Shown here: in pieces, positions 23,613 through 25,631 of the stretch
Layout: each line of letters starts with the position of its first letter
Numbering within the stretch: position 1 is the stretch's first letter
DNA from: a virus
Lineage: Duplodnaviria > Caudoviricetes
Virus record (IMG/VR): IMGVR_UViG_3300037461_000119
Coordinates: 1 to 25,631 of that record
Direction: 5' to 3' (one strand)
Length of the DNA stretch: 25,631 nucleotides
Program-made: the position numbers and the translations under genes
Notes under the pieces: model-generated
What the model saw: only the letters and a program-made list of their open reading frames with translations
The model's database searches: none
What the model was told of the DNA's origin: nothing

Positions 23613-24047
23613 ATGACCTTAGCTGTCCCCGAGAAGGCGCCGCGCAGGCACTACGTCTATATCTGGCACGTCGGTCGCAGTCGCTACGTCGGCAGCGGCA
23701 CACGTTTCAGGGCGTGGACGCATCTCAGGCTCAAGCGCGGCGCAGGCCCGTCGCAACATATCCGCAACGCGCATCTCAAAGGCCAGCCGCTCAAGGTCGA
23801 GATTGTGGCCGACAATCTCTCGGGCGAGGATGCTGCCCGCCTTGAGCGCAGCACCATCGCACGCCTGTACGGCGACGCCAGCGTGAAACTGCTCAACGTG
23901 TACAGCGTGCCGAAGGTCAAGCAGTCCACACGGATGATCCGCTGCCAGTGCCCCACCTGCGGCTACACGCTGCGCACGACGAGGCAGTGGCTCACCAAGT
24001 CGGTGCCGGTCTGCGGCACCTGCAACATCTCATTCGAGGTTCGCTGA
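23613..24047 (+). CDS. GIY-YIG-like nuclease domain fused to a Zn ribbon (144 aa)
   Basis: ATG 23613 behind CACTGGAG; YVY...YVGSG...R...H...E...I...LLN (GIY-YIG/LEM-3-like), then CPTCG...CGTC. Confidence 0.7.
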   Translation: MTLAVPEKAPRRHYVYIWHVGRSRYVGSGTRFRAWTHLRLKRGAGPSQHIRNAHLKGQPLKVEIVADNLSGEDAARLERSTIARLYGDASVKLLNVYSVPKVKQSTRMIRCQCPTCGYTLRTTRQWLTKSVPVCGTCNISFEVR

Positions 24048-24048
24048 C

Positions 24049-25631
24049 GTGCTGCACCTTGATTTCGAGACCCGCTCGCCGGTCGATCTGCGCCGCCTCG
24101 GCCACGACTGCTACTTTGCAGACGAGCGAACGCGCGTGCTGTGCATGGCTTACGCGATGGAGGAAGGCCCGGTCGCGCTGTGGCTGCCCGGGCAGCCGTT
24201 CCCCGAACTCGTCCTCAAGCATATCCGCAAGGGTTGGCCGCTCGCGGCGCACAATGCCGCCTTCGAGCGTGCGGTGTTCGAGTACGGGCTGCTGCCCGAT
24301 GGCGTGCCGCTGCCGAAGCTGGAGCAGTGGGTCTGCACCGCGACGCTGTGCCGCTCGCGCGGGCTGCCCGGCGAGCTTGAGATGGCCGCCTATGCGCTCG
24401 GCATGGGTGAGCAGAAGGACCACCGCGGCAAGGAACTCATCAAGGCGTGCTGCATCGAGCCCGGGTGCAGCGACGAGCGCCTGCCCGAGCTTTACGACTA
24501 CTGCAAGCAGGACGTGCGGGCCGAGCGCGACCTGTACCGGCTGCTGCCGCCGCCCACCGACGAGGAGCAGGCGCTCTACCGGGCCGCCGAGCGCATCAAC
24601 GACCGCGGCATCGCCGTCGACCGCAACTTCTGCATCGCCGCAGGGCACTATCGCGACGAGGAGATGGCCGAGATTCGGGAACAACTCGACATCACGACCG
24701 ACGGGGCGGTGAAGTCACCGCAGGCGAAGCAGGCCGCGCAGAAGTGGATCATCGCCCGCTACCCCAATGCCGAGGAGTTGCGCGACCCGAAGCGCAAGAG
24801 CGGCTACTCGCTCGACAAGCATCATCTCGGGCTCTTTGCCGCACGCGACGACCTCGACGATGACACTCGCTACGTCGTCGAGTTGCTACAGGACGGCGCG
24901 AACACGTCGGTCTCGAAGTACGACGCCATGCTGGCCCGCAGCGGCGCCACCGGGCGTGTACACGGCGCCTACATGACCAACGCCGCGCACACCGGCCGCT
25001 TCTCCTCGAAGGGTGCGCAACTGCACAACTTCAAGCGCGACGTGCCGAAGGATTGGGTCGAGCGGATGGTCGCGGTCTACCGCCATACCCTGCCCGCGGG
25101 CACGGTGATGTCGACGCTGGCCTCGTTGCTGCGCCCGACGCTGATCCCGGCCAAGGGTCGCGTCCTCGCGGGCGGCGACTGGAGCGGCATCGAGGCGCGG
25201 CTCACGGCATGGTTCGGCGGCGCCGAGGAGACGCTCGCCATCTTCCGCGACCCGGAGCGCGACCTGTACGTCGAGACCGCCGAGGGCATGGGCTTCAAGG
25301 ATCGACAGGTCGGCAAGGTGGCGACGCTCGCCTGCGGCTTCGGCGGCATGGGCAATGCGTTCGTCGCGATGGCCCGCAACTACGGGCTGATCGTCTCCAA
25401 GGCTCAGGGCGACATATACGGCCGCGCATGGCGCGATGCGAACCCGTGGGCGCCGGAACTGTGGGCCAGCATCGAGCAGGCCGCCATTGACGCCATGCGC
25501 CGTCCGGGCAGCGTGTTCACCTGCACCGCGCTCGGCAACGTCGCCTTCGCGCAGGCCGGTCGCTGGCTGTGCTGCGAACTGCCGAGCGGCCGCGTGCTGT
25601 ACTACCTCGACCCCAAGCTCGAAGTGTCGAA
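24049..25631 (+). CDS. Phage family A DNA polymerase (3'-5' exonuclease plus polymerase), truncated by window end
   Basis: Hand translation from GTG 24049: LDFETRS (ExoI), HNAAFER (ExoII), YCKQDV (ExoIII), INDRGI, TGRFSS...QLHN, DWSGIEAR (motif A), RQVGKVATLACGFGG (motif B). Absent from the ORF track because it has no stop in the window. Confidence 0.93.
   Translation, partial: MLHLDFETRSPVDLRRLGHDCYFADERTRVLCMAYAMEEGPVALWLPGQPFPELVLKHIRKGWPLAAHNAAFERAVFEYGLLPDGVPLPKLEQWVCTATLCRSRGLPGELEMAAYALGMGEQKDHRGKELIKACCIEPGCSDERLPELYDYCKQDVRAERDLYRLLPPPTDEEQALYRAAERINDRGIAVDRNFCIAAGHYRDEEMAEIREQLDITTDGAVKSPQAKQAAQKWIIARYPNAEELRDPKRKSGYSLDKHHLGLFAARDDLDDDTRYVVELLQDGANTSVSKYDAMLARSGATGRVHGAYMTNAAHTGRFSSKGAQLHNFKRDVPKDWVERMVAVYRHTLPAGTVMSTLASLLRPTLIPAKGRVLAGGDWSGIEARLTAWFGGAEETLAIFRDPERDLYVETAEGMGFKDRQVGKVATLACGFGGMGNAFVAMARNYGLIVSKAQGDIYGRAWRDANPWAPELWASIEQAAIDAMRRPGSVFTCTALGNVAFAQAGRWLCCELPSGRVLYYLDPKLEVS
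24955..24964. repeat. CGTGTACACG palindrome, site 8 (in DNA polymerase)
   Basis: Exact 10-mer. Confidence 0.8.

Noticed and set aside
23897-23904. CGTGTACA partial palindrome
   Set aside because: Right arm is broken (CGTGTACAGC); not counted among the sites, though it could be a weak one.
1-25631. Prophage boundaries, integrase, tRNA or lysis genes
   Set aside because: None recognisable in the window, so lifestyle and host cannot be determined from this segment.

Overview
GC-rich (roughly two-thirds G+C by eye) segment of a tailed dsDNA bacteriophage, probably podovirus-like. No integrase, lysis gene, tRNA or host gene is visible. Positions 1-14.1 kb (minus strand) hold the packaging and virion module: small terminase, free-standing HNH, large terminase, portal, three small ORFs, a 1017-aa putative internal virion protein, scaffold, major capsid, minor structural genes and two tail/head-closure genes. 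14.2-14.5 kb is an AT-rich, iteron-like intergenic region (likely origin) next to a RepB-primase/VirE-helicase gene. 16.8-19.9 kb is a cluster of small early genes, three of which sit behind copies of one ~57-bp sigma70 promoter/leader repeat. 19.9-25.6 kb is a divergent replication module: SNF2 helicase and VRR-NUC on minus; DUF2800/Cas4-like nuclease, SSB-like protein, GIY-YIG-like protein and family A DNA polymerase on plus. Three non-coding signals stand out. (1) A ~80-nt plus-strand small RNA (17043-17121) with its own promoter and terminator is complementary to the CACUGGAG ribosome-binding leaders of the primase operon and at least five other early/replication genes. (2) The palindrome CGTGTACACG occurs 8 times at near-regular 2.2-3.3 kb spacing, plus 3 variants over the early-promoter -10 boxes. 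(3) The scaffold-capsid intergenic RNA can fold almost completely and hide the capsid RBS. Product names come from motif recognition and gene order only; no database search was run.
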